A program made the position numbers and the translations under genes. From an uncultured delta proteobacterium (GTDB taxonomy: Bacteria; Myxococcota_A; Polyangia; Polyangiales; Houyiibacteriaceae), in contig CAVOVB010000003.1 of NCBI GenBank assembly GCA_963699755.1, positions 704,001-768,000 on the forward strand: 64,000 bases of DNA, written 5' to 3'. Shown here one piece after another: positions 10,737-20,436 of this stretch. The notes beneath the pieces were generated by a model. That model was not told the DNA's origin. It saw only the letters and a program-made list of their open reading frames with translations, and made no database searches. The first letter of the stretch is position 1; every line of letters begins with the position of its first letter.

Positions 10737-11804
10737 TCAGCTCAGCCGGGGATAGCTTCCGATGACCTTGGCATAACGGGCGATGCGGCGCAGCTCCTCG
10801 ACGGCCGTCAGGATGGCGCGGTCGGTGATGTGACCGTCCATTTCGAGGAAGAAGACGTGGCGCCATTGGGTCCCGGTCGAGGCACGCGACTCGATTCGCG
10901 TGAGGTTGATCTCCCGGTCGGCCAAGGGCTTGAGCGCTCGATGGAGCGCGCCCGGCTCGTCGCCAGGAGCCACCGCCAAAAAAGTGCGGTCCTTGCCGGT
11001 CCGCGACGGGAGGCGGTTGCCTACGATCCCAAAGCGGGTGATCACGTTCGAGTCGTCTTCGAGCCGGTCTTCGATGAGCTCGAGGCCGTGGAGCTCTTTG
11101 AGCAGTGCAGAGCCGAGCGCCGCCGACTCTTGGTCGCCGCTGGCGAACAAGGCGGCGGCTTCGCCAGATTGCACGTCAACGAGAATCGAGTCCGGGTAGC
11201 GTGAGCGCAGCTGCCGTTCGCAAGCTGCAATCGCCTGCGCTGAGCCATAGATTTTGATCACGTCGGCTGGGTCTCCGGACTGGGAGAGCAGTTGGTAGCG
11301 GAGCGGCGCAACGCGCTCGGCGCAAAGCTTCGCGTCGGTGTCGACCAAGCCCTTGAGCGTTGCGGTGATCGCACCGTCGGTCGATGTCTCGAGTGGGACC
11401 ACGCCAAAGGTCGCATGGCCGTGGAGCACGGCCTCTAGAACCGCGGAGACCGATTCGGTTGGGCGAAAGCTTGGAGCGTGACCGAAATAGTCTCGCGCCG
11501 CCGCATGCGCCAGGTCACCTGGCGTGCCGAAGTACGCAACCACATCGGGGGTGACCAGCTCGGTGCACGCGGACAGGACTTCTCGAAACACCGGCTCGAT
11601 GCTGGCCTCAGGGAACTCCTTGGCCATCGCGCGTGCGGCTTCGATGATCGCGGCCTTCTTGGGGAGGCGAAGCGGCTCCTCGCCCCCGTCCTCTCGAAGC
11701 GCGTTGTACTCGTGAATCGCTCGCGCTCGCGCGTTGAGCGCGCTCACGATTTGCCGGTCCGCTTCCTCGAGCGCTGCGGTGATCCGGACGAGACGATCAT
11801 CCAT
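10737..11804 (-). CDS. pheA: PheA-like chorismate mutase/prephenate dehydratase/ACT protein (divergent)
   Basis: CM-PDT-ACT architecture, TRF motif, NLTRIESR; position upstream of hisC-aroA; several canonical motifs altered. Confidence 0.8.
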   Translation of the reverse strand: MDDRLVRITAALEEADRQIVSALNARARAIHEYNALREDGGEEPLRLPKKAAIIEAARAMAKEFPEASIEPVFREVLSACTELVTPDVVAYFGTPGDLAHAAARDYFGHAPSFRPTESVSAVLEAVLHGHATFGVVPLETSTDGAITATLKGLVDTDAKLCAERVAPLRYQLLSQSGDPADVIKIYGSAQAIAACERQLRSRYPDSILVDVQSGEAAALFASGDQESAALGSALLKELHGLELIEDRLEDDSNVITRFGIVGNRLPSRTGKDRTFLAVAPGDEPGALHRALKPLADREINLTRIESRASTGTQWRHVFFLEMDGHITDRAILTAVEELRRIARYAKVIGSYPRLS

Positions 11805-11857
11805 GGCGCCGATGGTAACAGTCCCTTCAGCGAACGTATACCGTTTGCGGAGCTTCG

Positions 11858-14431
11858 CTACTCCTCGTCTCGGCGCGCCAGGTCGCGCAGCCGAGCCAAG
11901 GTCACGAGCGCGTCGACCGGGGTCATGCGTTCGATGTCGAGCGCCTCGAGCGTGGCGTTCACCTCGGAGCGAGGCGGCGGCGCGGCTTCGAACAAGGGCA
12001 TCTGGGGCACGCCCGTCGCCTCCGCGCGCGCCTCGAGCTCCTTCAACTTGGCTTTCGCGCGCGCGAGCACCACGGGAGGCACACCCGCGAGCCTAGCAAC
12101 AGCCAGGCCATAACTTCGATTCGAGCCGCCCGGCACGAGCTGATGAAGCAGAACCATGGTGTCATCGTGCTCTTTTGCCGCAACGTTGTAGTTGGCGGCA
12201 TTGTCGAGGCGATCGGCAAGCTCGCAGAGCTCGTGATAGTGCGTGGCGAAGATCGCCCGGCAGCGCGTCGCGTCGTGAAGATGCTCTGCCACCGCCCAGG
12301 CGATGGCAAGCCCATCGTACGTGCTCGTGCCGCGTCCGATCTCGTCGAGAATCACGAACGATCGCTCGGTCGCGCCGCGAAGAATGGCGGACGCCTCCAT
12401 CATTTCGACCATGAAGGTGCTCTGACCCCGGGCAAGCTGATCGCTGGCTCCCACCCGGGTGTAGACCCGATCGACGATGCCGATCCGAGCGCTCTTGGCC
12501 GCGACGAACCCGCCCGCCTGGGCCATGATGATCGCCAGCGCGGCCTGGCGCATGGCCGTCGACTTCCCGGACATGTTCGGCCCGGTCAGGAGCATGAAGC
12601 GGGTGCCGTTCGGGCTCAGCTCGATCGTGTTCGGCACGAAGCCGTCCTTGGCAGCGTAGCACTCGACGGTCGGGTGGCGGCTGTCTTCGAGAAAGAGCTC
12701 GTTGCTGGCGTCGATCTCTGGGCGGACATAGCCGCGACGATGGGCGACCGCCGCGAGCGCTGCACTGGTATCGATGGAAGCGATGACCCGAGCGAGCCGA
12801 TGAAGCCGCGGTGCCTGATCACCGATCGATTTCCGCAGATCGATGAACGCCGCCGCCTCGAGCGCGCGGGAACGTTCATCGGCATGCAGAATGCGGTCTT
12901 GAAGCTCTGCGAGCTCGGCGGTGATGAAACGTTCGCCGCTGGCGATGGTTTGCTTGCGCACGTATTCGTTCGGGACGGCGTCGAGCTTGGACTTCGTGAT
13001 TTCGATGTAGTAGCCAAAGACCCTCGTGTACTTGACCTTGAGCGAAGCGATGCCGGTGCGTTTGCGCTCGCGGCGCTCGAGGTCGAGCACGATGTCTTTG
13101 GCAGTCGTCGAGAGCGTTCGAAGCTCGTCGAGATCGGCGAGGTGACCGTCGGCAAAGATCCCGCCCTGCCTGTCGATCGTCGGAGGCTCGTCGACGAGCG
13201 CCGCTCGAAGCGTGATGAGGATGTCGGCGCAGAGGTCAACGCCCTCGAGCGATGCCATCGAATCATCGAGCGCGCTGCCAGGGCGCGTCGAGAGATCTCG
13301 ATGAAGCGCCTCGGCGCTGGCGAGGCTATTGCGAATGACGCCAAGGTCCCTTGGGGTGGCCAAGCCGACCGCAGCGCGGACCGCCAGGCGTTCGAGGTCG
13401 CCGATTTCGCTCAGTCGAGCCCTGGCCTGATCCCGGGACCGCGCGTTGGTGAAGAAGAGCTCCACGGCGTCGTGTCGCCTCCGAATGCGCTCGATGTCGG
13501 TCAGCGGTTCGAGCAAGCGCGACCGGAGCGCCCGGGCGCCCATGGGCGTCTTGGTTTCGTCGAGCAGATGCAGAAGCGAGCCGCGACGCTCGCCGTCCAG
13601 GGTACGGACGAGCTCGAGATTCCGCACCGCCGCATCGTCGAGCACGAGCCGGTCGCCCGCCGCGTACAAGATGGCCGTGTGTATCTGACAATCGGCCTGG
13701 TGCTTTCTCGCGTAGCCGAGCACCAGCGACGCCGCCCGGGCCGCAGGCGCTTCGGTCGAGAGCTCGGCCGCCTGCTCCGCGCTGAGGAGCTCGTCCAGGC
13801 ATTCGGCGTCCGCAGTGAGCTCGACCGCCCGCAGCGCAGCCTTGGGGAGGCTTTGCGTGCAGAGCGCTTCGAGCTCGGGAGCGCCCGACTCGAGCAACAC
13901 TTCGGCGGGGTCGAGGCGGACGAGCTCACCGACCCAGAGCGGCCCGAGCTCGACCACGCAGGCCCGCAGCGTGCCGGTCGACAGCTCGAGGGCCGCTACG
14001 CCGCCATCTCGCGTCGCCGCCACCAGGAAGTTTTCCGAGCGCGCATCGAGGGCGTCGGGCTCGAGACAAAGCCCTGGTGTGACCACCCGCACGACTTCGC
14101 GCGGCACGACCCCTCGGACACTCGACGCATCGGCCATCTGTTCACAGATCGCGACCTTTTCCCCGTGGCGCAGCAGCCCCGCCAGGTATGTGGGCGCCGC
14201 GTGGTGCGGCACGCCGGCCATGGGGATCTTGTTGCCTTCGGGGTCGGTCCCTCGGGAGGTCAGCGCAATGTCGAGGATGGCTGCCGCGCGGACCGCGTCC
14301 TCGTAGAACATCTCGTAGAAGTCTCCGAGCCGGAAGAAGATGATGGCGTCAGGATGCTGCCCCTTTGCGCGCAGGAACTGGCGCATGACCGGGCTGTGGT
14401 CCTTCTTTCGCGCCGTGCCCCGCACCGTCAT
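11858..14431 (-). CDS. mutS: DNA mismatch repair protein MutS
   Basis: GDFYEMF, Walker A TGPNMSGKST, STFMVEM, DEIGRGTST, ATHYHEL; C-terminal QMPLF clamp-type motif. Confidence 0.98.
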   Translation of the reverse strand: MTVRGTARKKDHSPVMRQFLRAKGQHPDAIIFFRLGDFYEMFYEDAVRAAAILDIALTSRGTDPEGNKIPMAGVPHHAAPTYLAGLLRHGEKVAICEQMADASSVRGVVPREVVRVVTPGLCLEPDALDARSENFLVAATRDGGVAALELSTGTLRACVVELGPLWVGELVRLDPAEVLLESGAPELEALCTQSLPKAALRAVELTADAECLDELLSAEQAAELSTEAPAARAASLVLGYARKHQADCQIHTAILYAAGDRLVLDDAAVRNLELVRTLDGERRGSLLHLLDETKTPMGARALRSRLLEPLTDIERIRRRHDAVELFFTNARSRDQARARLSEIGDLERLAVRAAVGLATPRDLGVIRNSLASAEALHRDLSTRPGSALDDSMASLEGVDLCADILITLRAALVDEPPTIDRQGGIFADGHLADLDELRTLSTTAKDIVLDLERRERKRTGIASLKVKYTRVFGYYIEITKSKLDAVPNEYVRKQTIASGERFITAELAELQDRILHADERSRALEAAAFIDLRKSIGDQAPRLHRLARVIASIDTSAALAAVAHRRGYVRPEIDASNELFLEDSRHPTVECYAAKDGFVPNTIELSPNGTRFMLLTGPNMSGKSTAMRQAALAIIMAQAGGFVAAKSARIGIVDRVYTRVGASDQLARGQSTFMVEMMEASAILRGATERSFVILDEIGRGTSTYDGLAIAWAVAEHLHDATRCRAIFATHYHELCELADRLDNAANYNVAAKEHDDTMVLLHQLVPGGSNRSYGLAVARLAGVPPVVLARAKAKLKELEARAEATGVPQMPLFEAAPPPRSEVNATLEALDIERMTPVDALVTLARLRDLARRDEE

Positions 14432-14440
14432 GAACCCGGT

Positions 14441-17251
14441 TTAGTCGAGAGTCTGGGCGAAGTTAAGCGGAGAGAACTGGATGCGACTGACCCCCGCTTC
14501 GAGGTCCACGAAGAAGAGTTGATCTTGCTCTGGAAAGAACAGCATGGACGAGGGGAGCGAACGAACGGCCGCAGCGTTGGCGAGGACGAGGTCTCTGAAT
14601 TGATTGCTGATGTTGAAATTCAGCAGGGCGATCGTGGTATCGGTGACGGTGGCATCCTCGGGAAACAGGCTGATTTTGAAGCTCACCAGCGGATTGATGA
14701 ACTGTGTGCCTTCAAACGCGCGCCCGGTGAGGTAGGTGTCCACATCGACGAACGGGTCGGCCTCGGTTGGGAGATCGACTGGTCGATTCGGATCGAGGAT
14801 GCACTCGTCGCTGTCCGCGGCAGGGTCGGGAATGACCCGGTGAATGAAGCCGGTTTGCGTCCCGGTCACGGCGTATGCGTCTTGTGTGTGAATCTGATAC
14901 TCGGTGAACTGAGGGAAGCAGCTCCGGACCTCGGCGAGCGTGTACCCGCTGTTCTCGGACTCGCCGATCTCGAGCTGATTGTTGAACGCTCGCAGGATGG
15001 GGAACCAGACCGGATCGTTGTCGATGTTGTCCCTCAGCTCCCTGAACTTTTCGCAATTAGGCTCGTCGCGAGTGCTCGGTGGCAAGTCGCCGGTGATGAG
15101 GAGACGGTCTCCGGGGTATGGTCCGATGAGAGCTGCATCTGCCGGTTGCGTCCCGAGGACCCCGATTTCGCAGAACGGCACATCTCCACCCTGAAACCAG
15201 TTGCCCGGCAAGACCTCGCCCGCGGAGCCTCCATCTAGGGGCAATGACAGATCGGCAAAGAGTCCGAGACCGCCCTCGGACTGTGGGATCAAGCCTTCCC
15301 ACCGCGCCTCCCAGCGCTGTGTGAAGCTGCTCCAGACCTGTGACGACGCGCAGATCAGTCCATCGAGCTCGGCGCCGACCGGCTGCTCGCCGAACACCGG
15401 ATTCATCGGGGAGATGATGAACGAGTTGGTCGCGTCCAATCTCGAAGGTGGACAGGCAACGAGCTCGAGCCCCGGGCCGTCCGAGCCGTTCGCGCGGCCG
15501 GTCATCTCGTCGAGCCGACCGGGCGCTGCGTTGAACTGAAATGATGGGCTGCCGTCGATCGAGATGAACGTGACGGGTGTGAAGTCGATCCGTCGCCGAT
15601 GCCGTCGGATGCTCGCAAAACGGTCGGTGCCCGCTTCGCGCGTCGTGCAAGCGAGATTGCCCCCTCCGCCGCGGCATGGGGCGTTCAGATCGTAGATGTC
15701 GAGGAAGTACATCAAGCCGTTCGAGAGGCTCACGGCGAGGAAGACGCCGCGCATGTTTCTGGCGTTCGTTCCCAAGGAGAAGGCGGTCTCGTCGGTCGGG
15801 TCGCAGATGTCGTCAGCGGGCACCTGCAAGACATCGGCGGTGTTTGGATCGCCATCCGGGTCTTCGAGCTGATAGCCGGGCGAGACGACTTCGATCGCAC
15901 GCACGTTGGCGAACCCGAAGCGCACGCGATCGCGCGATTCGACGTTTTCTTCGTTTGCTCGTGCGGAGATGCCAGAGAGGACAGGAAGCACGGCACCGAA
16001 TGTCGGGTTCGACGCGCCATCGATCTCCTCGCGATAGTCGACCACGAGGAGGCTACTGTCGCGGGCGCTGACCGCGTATAGATAACGCTCGACTGCGGCC
16101 CGATCGTCCGGGTCGGAGCTGGCCGGCACCAGGGGCGTCACGTCTATCTCGTTCGTCGGCGCCCCTGTGACGATCGGGTCCAACGGCAGCGTGGCGCCAT
16201 CTGGGCCCAACTTGAAGCGATGGATCACCGGCTGATTCGCATCCGCGACCAGCAAGACGTCGTCCTCGTCCGTCCCGCTGCCGAGTGTGTCCTCGCTCTG
16301 GCCCGGCTCCATCACCGCCCCCACTCCCTGCTCGCGGCCGAAGTCGATGGTTAGCGATACGGGCCGCGGCCCCGCGGAGCCACCCTCGGCGCAGCGTTCG
16401 GTCGTGGTGACGGTCTTGATCACGCGAGTCGCTGGGCTTTGCTCCCCGTTGTCGTCCTCCTTCGGGCAGATCCGATGGTAGTCGCTTGTGTCCGAATCCG
16501 GTGGGTCGACGAGGTCGAGGGGGCAGTTGTAGCTCCCGAGATCCAAGAGGACTGGCTGGCCGAGCTCGCCATTGGCGGCGTTCACCTCGATCTGCGCAAC
16601 CTTGCCGAGCTCGGGGAGCGCTGCGTACAGGTAGCGATACTCGACCTCGGGCGTCGCCCCGGTGATCTCGCCGGCCTCGTTCTTCGTTAGCGTGGTTCTC
16701 GCCTTTTCGTGCAGTGCGAGGTCTGTCGGCCCCTCCTCGAAGCGCACCGTCCTCGGATCAGCCTGCCCTTGGGGCGGGGGCTCGCCCGTGGTCTCGCCCT
16801 CGAGGAGCTCGACCGATTCGATCGCTTCCAGACTCTTCGCACTAAAACTGGTCACGTAGGCATAGGTCGAGTCGAAAGGCGAGATTTGGAGGCCCGTCGG
16901 CTGCTCACCAACCGTGACCGCCGTCACGCCGGGGATCGTCTGGTTGGTGTTGATGATCGCGTTTCGGGTGAAGTTGACGACCGCGACCTCTCCGGATTGG
17001 ATCTGGGTCACCGCACCGAGAAACTGCGCTTCAACGGCTGGGTCAAAGGTGAAGTCGGGTGTGCAGATCAAGGGCGGCAAGAGGCTCTTCACGATGAAGC
17101 GGTTGCCGCTGAGCAGCTCGACGTCCGCGCAGAGGAGCTGAATCTTGGCGGATCGATTCAAGGACGCGAGCACGACGTTGTTGGCGTTGCTCCTGCACGA
17201 GCAGAGGACGAGCGCGCAGGCGGCGAAGGCCACTACAGGGAAACGCCTCAT
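14441..17251 (-). CDS. large Cys-rich predicted lipoprotein, probable beta-propeller
   Basis: Signal MRRFPVVAFAACALVLCS-C; ATG 17251 overlaps the upstream stop (ATGA); beta-rich repeats (YAYVTSF, LLVADAN, YLYAVS). Confidence 0.75.
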   Translation of the reverse strand: MRRFPVVAFAACALVLCSCRSNANNVVLASLNRSAKIQLLCADVELLSGNRFIVKSLLPPLICTPDFTFDPAVEAQFLGAVTQIQSGEVAVVNFTRNAIINTNQTIPGVTAVTVGEQPTGLQISPFDSTYAYVTSFSAKSLEAIESVELLEGETTGEPPPQGQADPRTVRFEEGPTDLALHEKARTTLTKNEAGEITGATPEVEYRYLYAALPELGKVAQIEVNAANGELGQPVLLDLGSYNCPLDLVDPPDSDTSDYHRICPKEDDNGEQSPATRVIKTVTTTERCAEGGSAGPRPVSLTIDFGREQGVGAVMEPGQSEDTLGSGTDEDDVLLVADANQPVIHRFKLGPDGATLPLDPIVTGAPTNEIDVTPLVPASSDPDDRAAVERYLYAVSARDSSLLVVDYREEIDGASNPTFGAVLPVLSGISARANEENVESRDRVRFGFANVRAIEVVSPGYQLEDPDGDPNTADVLQVPADDICDPTDETAFSLGTNARNMRGVFLAVSLSNGLMYFLDIYDLNAPCRGGGGNLACTTREAGTDRFASIRRHRRRIDFTPVTFISIDGSPSFQFNAAPGRLDEMTGRANGSDGPGLELVACPPSRLDATNSFIISPMNPVFGEQPVGAELDGLICASSQVWSSFTQRWEARWEGLIPQSEGGLGLFADLSLPLDGGSAGEVLPGNWFQGGDVPFCEIGVLGTQPADAALIGPYPGDRLLITGDLPPSTRDEPNCEKFRELRDNIDNDPVWFPILRAFNNQLEIGESENSGYTLAEVRSCFPQFTEYQIHTQDAYAVTGTQTGFIHRVIPDPAADSDECILDPNRPVDLPTEADPFVDVDTYLTGRAFEGTQFINPLVSFKISLFPEDATVTDTTIALLNFNISNQFRDLVLANAAAVRSLPSSMLFFPEQDQLFFVDLEAGVSRIQFSPLNFAQTLD

Positions 17252-18930
17252 CGGGGCAGCTCCGAAACGGGTTGCGGCAGGCCGACCAGACCAAGGAGGA
17301 TCGGCGCGCACTCTGCAGCATCGGTTCCGATCTCTGACTCGAGGCAGTCGACGATCGGCTGCAGGTCGGCGACCCGAAGCACCGAGGTGTTGAAGTCGGC
17401 GATGTACATGAGACGCCGCGGGACATCGACGACGAACTCGAATGCGCCGCTGATATTGGTCAAGAGCGTAATCCCCTGAAAATTGTCGGTGTCGATGACC
17501 TGGATGTTCCGCGCGAGGAAACAGCTCACGAACGCGAGGACGACGGTGCCTCCGCGAGCTGGGACTTCGGCGATTTGCACGCGAGAGGGATCTTGGCAGC
17601 TCGGAATCTGGGCGACCATGTTGAGGTTGCCTCCGGCGACATCGCTGCGGGCGACGATCAGAGCCTGGGGCGAGAGCGACACGATGTAGGCGAGGTTTCG
17701 CCCTGGGCGTGGATCGAAGCGGATGTCCCGATTACTTCTCCCCGTGTCGAGACCAGACACGATGAGGGGGCCGCCGTCGAAGAGGTAGCTTTGGGTCGGG
17801 TCCCCGTCGATCCCGATGCCGAGGCGGACGATGGCTGCGACTTCGGCGCTGGGAATCCAAGCGCGCTTCGCGCCTGGCTCATAGGTGATCGTCACTTGCT
17901 CGGGCGCCAGTCGATCGATCGTCGCTGCGAGGCGGGGCCGTTTCTGGGGTTCGGGCCCGCCAGGGCGAAACTGGTCGAAGAACATGCTCGCAAAGCCCTC
18001 GCGGTGCGCCATCAGGATGTAGTCGCCACGAAAGGCGGGATCGTCTTGCGCATCAGGCGGGGCGAAATCCGCTGCCAGGTCGCCGACGTACACATCGACA
18101 GGGTCCGGGGGAAGGTCGAGGGGAACGGCCGGGTTCACCAGCTCGGCGCTGCCCGATCGGTAGGCGCTGGTGCAGGTATGCAGCTGGCCGAACTCGCCGC
18201 CGCAACTGAGCCGCCCCTCTTCATCGACGTCGATGAAGGTCAGATTCGCGTCGCTCCGGACCGGCACGTAAATGCGGCGGCCGTCGGTCGCGACACCCAT
18301 CCCGTCCGAGAACGACCCGATCGACACTTCACCGCGAATCAGTCCCTCGACGCGGATGAGCCTCAGAGCCGCCCCCGTGTCGCGGAAACGGAGACTGGTA
18401 GGAACGACGGAGCATCGGTCCGGGGGGACGAGGACGCAGTCCTGCGCGGCGTCGAAGACCGGGTTGCAGACGCAGCTTTCATCGTTGACGTTGCCGATGA
18501 AGTTGGGGTCGAGGCACTCCGGGAGCACCCCGGCGCCGGTCGCCTCGCATGCATCGTCGCTCAGCGGGTCACAGGCGCAGCTGGGGTCCTCGAGGTCGAC
18601 CGGGGGGTCCGCATTCACGCAGCTGCTCAGCACGCCTGGACCGACGCAGCCTAGCGCGATCCCCTCGAGCATCTTGTCGATATCGTAGGACTGCACGTTG
18701 CCCGAGTTGTACTGGAGGCCAAAGTTCGAGCTCGTGACGTAGACGTACTTCGGCTTTCCCTCGGCATCTTCGTCGACGGAGAGCTCAATCGCGATCGGGA
18801 ACGACATCAGGCCCGGTGGCAGCGACTCACCGCTCCTGTTGTCGCAGCCGGTCGAGACCATTCCGAAGATAAGCAAGAACCCGAGGGCAGCGAGGATCAC
18901 AGTGCCCTGCGGGCCGAATCGCGACCTCAT
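17248..18930 (-). CDS. Cys-rich predicted lipoprotein, probable beta-propeller
   Basis: Signal with lipobox-like STG-C after a hydrophobic stretch (ATG 18930); YVYVTSSN, RIYVPVR, MYIADF strands. Confidence 0.75.
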   Translation of the reverse strand: MRSRFGPQGTVILAALGFLLIFGMVSTGCDNRSGESLPPGLMSFPIAIELSVDEDAEGKPKYVYVTSSNFGLQYNSGNVQSYDIDKMLEGIALGCVGPGVLSSCVNADPPVDLEDPSCACDPLSDDACEATGAGVLPECLDPNFIGNVNDESCVCNPVFDAAQDCVLVPPDRCSVVPTSLRFRDTGAALRLIRVEGLIRGEVSIGSFSDGMGVATDGRRIYVPVRSDANLTFIDVDEEGRLSCGGEFGQLHTCTSAYRSGSAELVNPAVPLDLPPDPVDVYVGDLAADFAPPDAQDDPAFRGDYILMAHREGFASMFFDQFRPGGPEPQKRPRLAATIDRLAPEQVTITYEPGAKRAWIPSAEVAAIVRLGIGIDGDPTQSYLFDGGPLIVSGLDTGRSNRDIRFDPRPGRNLAYIVSLSPQALIVARSDVAGGNLNMVAQIPSCQDPSRVQIAEVPARGGTVVLAFVSCFLARNIQVIDTDNFQGITLLTNISGAFEFVVDVPRRLMYIADFNTSVLRVADLQPIVDCLESEIGTDAAECAPILLGLVGLPQPVSELPR

Positions 18931-18982
18931 GGGGCGGCACCCTAGCCGTTCGCTCTCGAAGGAGCAACTGGCAGCGGCGCCC

Positions 18983-20338
18983 TCAGTCCCATGGATCGAG
19001 GATGGAACGATCGCGCTCGGGCTCTGCCTTGGGCCGGCGTCGAGGCTTACGGCGGACCTGCTTGCTCCCGGCCTCCTTGGCTCGCCCCTTGGGCGTGCTC
19101 GGCGCCGATGCAAGTTCTCTCGGTCCGCTCGATTCCACCACCGTCGCGTCTTCCCCCATGAGAGGAGAGAGAGCGGGGGGCGGCAGCAGCGGAGCTGGGC
19201 GCGTTGCCCTCAGGTCCGGCACCTCCGAAGCCGGGGGGGCTTGTAGCTGCTCCACTTCTGCGGTCTCCGATTCTGGCTTCTTGAATGTGCCCATGGCTAT
19301 TGTTGCAATGAGCACCGCCAGCGCGAGCGCTAGGCCTCCAAGATAGATCGGTGGCGCGGCATGGCGCCACGGCCGAGGCGGCCTGGTCGGCGGAATCGTC
19401 CATGTATCGGGCCCAACGGGTCGGAGGCCCGATTTTACGCGCTCCAGCTCCCCTAAAACCTCGTGCATCGTCTGGTAGCGACGTTCGGGCCGCTTCTCTA
19501 GGCAGCGCATGACCAGCATCTCCAGCTCTTCGGAGACGTGCGGTACGCGCACGCTTGGGGGAATCGGTTCCTCGTACATGTGCTTGGTGAGGATGCCCAT
19601 CATCGTGTCCGCGTCGTGTGGAACGTGACCGGTGACCATTTCGTAGATCAGGACACCGAGCGCGTAGATGTCGGTTCGATGGTCGACCCCCTTGCCTTCG
19701 CACTGTTCGGGCGACATGTAGTGAGGCGTGCCGAGCACCTCGCCCGCGCGCGTGAGCCGATTCGGATCGTTGCCGACTTTCGCGATACCGAAGTCGAGGA
19801 CCTTGACGAAGTCTTCGACCTCGTTGCGTCGAATGAGGAAGACGTTTTCGGGTTTGAGGTCGCGATGTGTGATCCCGGCATCGTGCGCGGCGCCGAGCGC
19901 GCGACAGACCTGGATAGCGATGTGGAGAGCGCGCTCCTCGGGCATGCGGCCCACGCTATCGATGGCGTCGATGAGGTCGAGCCCTTCGAGGCATTCCATG
20001 ATGAAGTAAGTCGAACCGTCGCTCAGCTCACCGAAGTCGCTGATGTCGATGATGTGCTGGTTACCGATGTTCGATGCGCTCTCGGCTTCGCGCCGAAACC
20101 TCGCCAAGACCTCCGGGTCCCGCGTGTTCTCTCGCCGAAGAACCTTCATCGCGAGCGGCTTGTTGAGGCGCGTATGGGTGACTCTGTACACCAGGCCCAT
20201 GCCGCCCTCGCCGAGCAGAGACTCGACGAGGTAGCGCTGGTCAATCGTCTGACCGAGGAGCCCCTCGGCTACCCGCGTGGGGCCCGTAGAGCTCAGGTCC
20301 CCGACCGGGCCAGCTATGGTTCTCGTGCTATTGCCCAT
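18983..20338 (-). CDS. Hanks-type Ser/Thr protein kinase with one TM helix
   Basis: LGEGGMGLVY, AMK, HRDLKPEN, DFG, GTPHYMSPE; TM segment IYLGGLALALAVLIATIA; start uncertain (20338-20398). Confidence 0.94.
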   Translation of the reverse strand: MGNSTRTIAGPVGDLSSTGPTRVAEGLLGQTIDQRYLVESLLGEGGMGLVYRVTHTRLNKPLAMKVLRRENTRDPEVLARFRREAESASNIGNQHIIDISDFGELSDGSTYFIMECLEGLDLIDAIDSVGRMPEERALHIAIQVCRALGAAHDAGITHRDLKPENVFLIRRNEVEDFVKVLDFGIAKVGNDPNRLTRAGEVLGTPHYMSPEQCEGKGVDHRTDIYALGVLIYEMVTGHVPHDADTMMGILTKHMYEEPIPPSVRVPHVSEELEMLVMRCLEKRPERRYQTMHEVLGELERVKSGLRPVGPDTWTIPPTRPPRPWRHAAPPIYLGGLALALAVLIATIAMGTFKKPESETAEVEQLQAPPASEVPDLRATRPAPLLPPPALSPLMGEDATVVESSGPRELASAPSTPKGRAKEAGSKQVRRKPRRRPKAEPERDRSILDPWD

Positions 20339-20436
20339 ACAGTTATGCCGCAATATTCCAGCAATGCTCATTCCAACACGCCGCGGGCTCCGCATCAAGC
20401 CCTCAGGGGCATGAAACGGCAGGTTCGCCCGAATTT

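Noticed and set aside
12143..15238. 1031-aa plus-strand ORF
   Set aside because: Antisense shadow of mutS and the lipoprotein gene; no motifs; typical of high-GC codon bias
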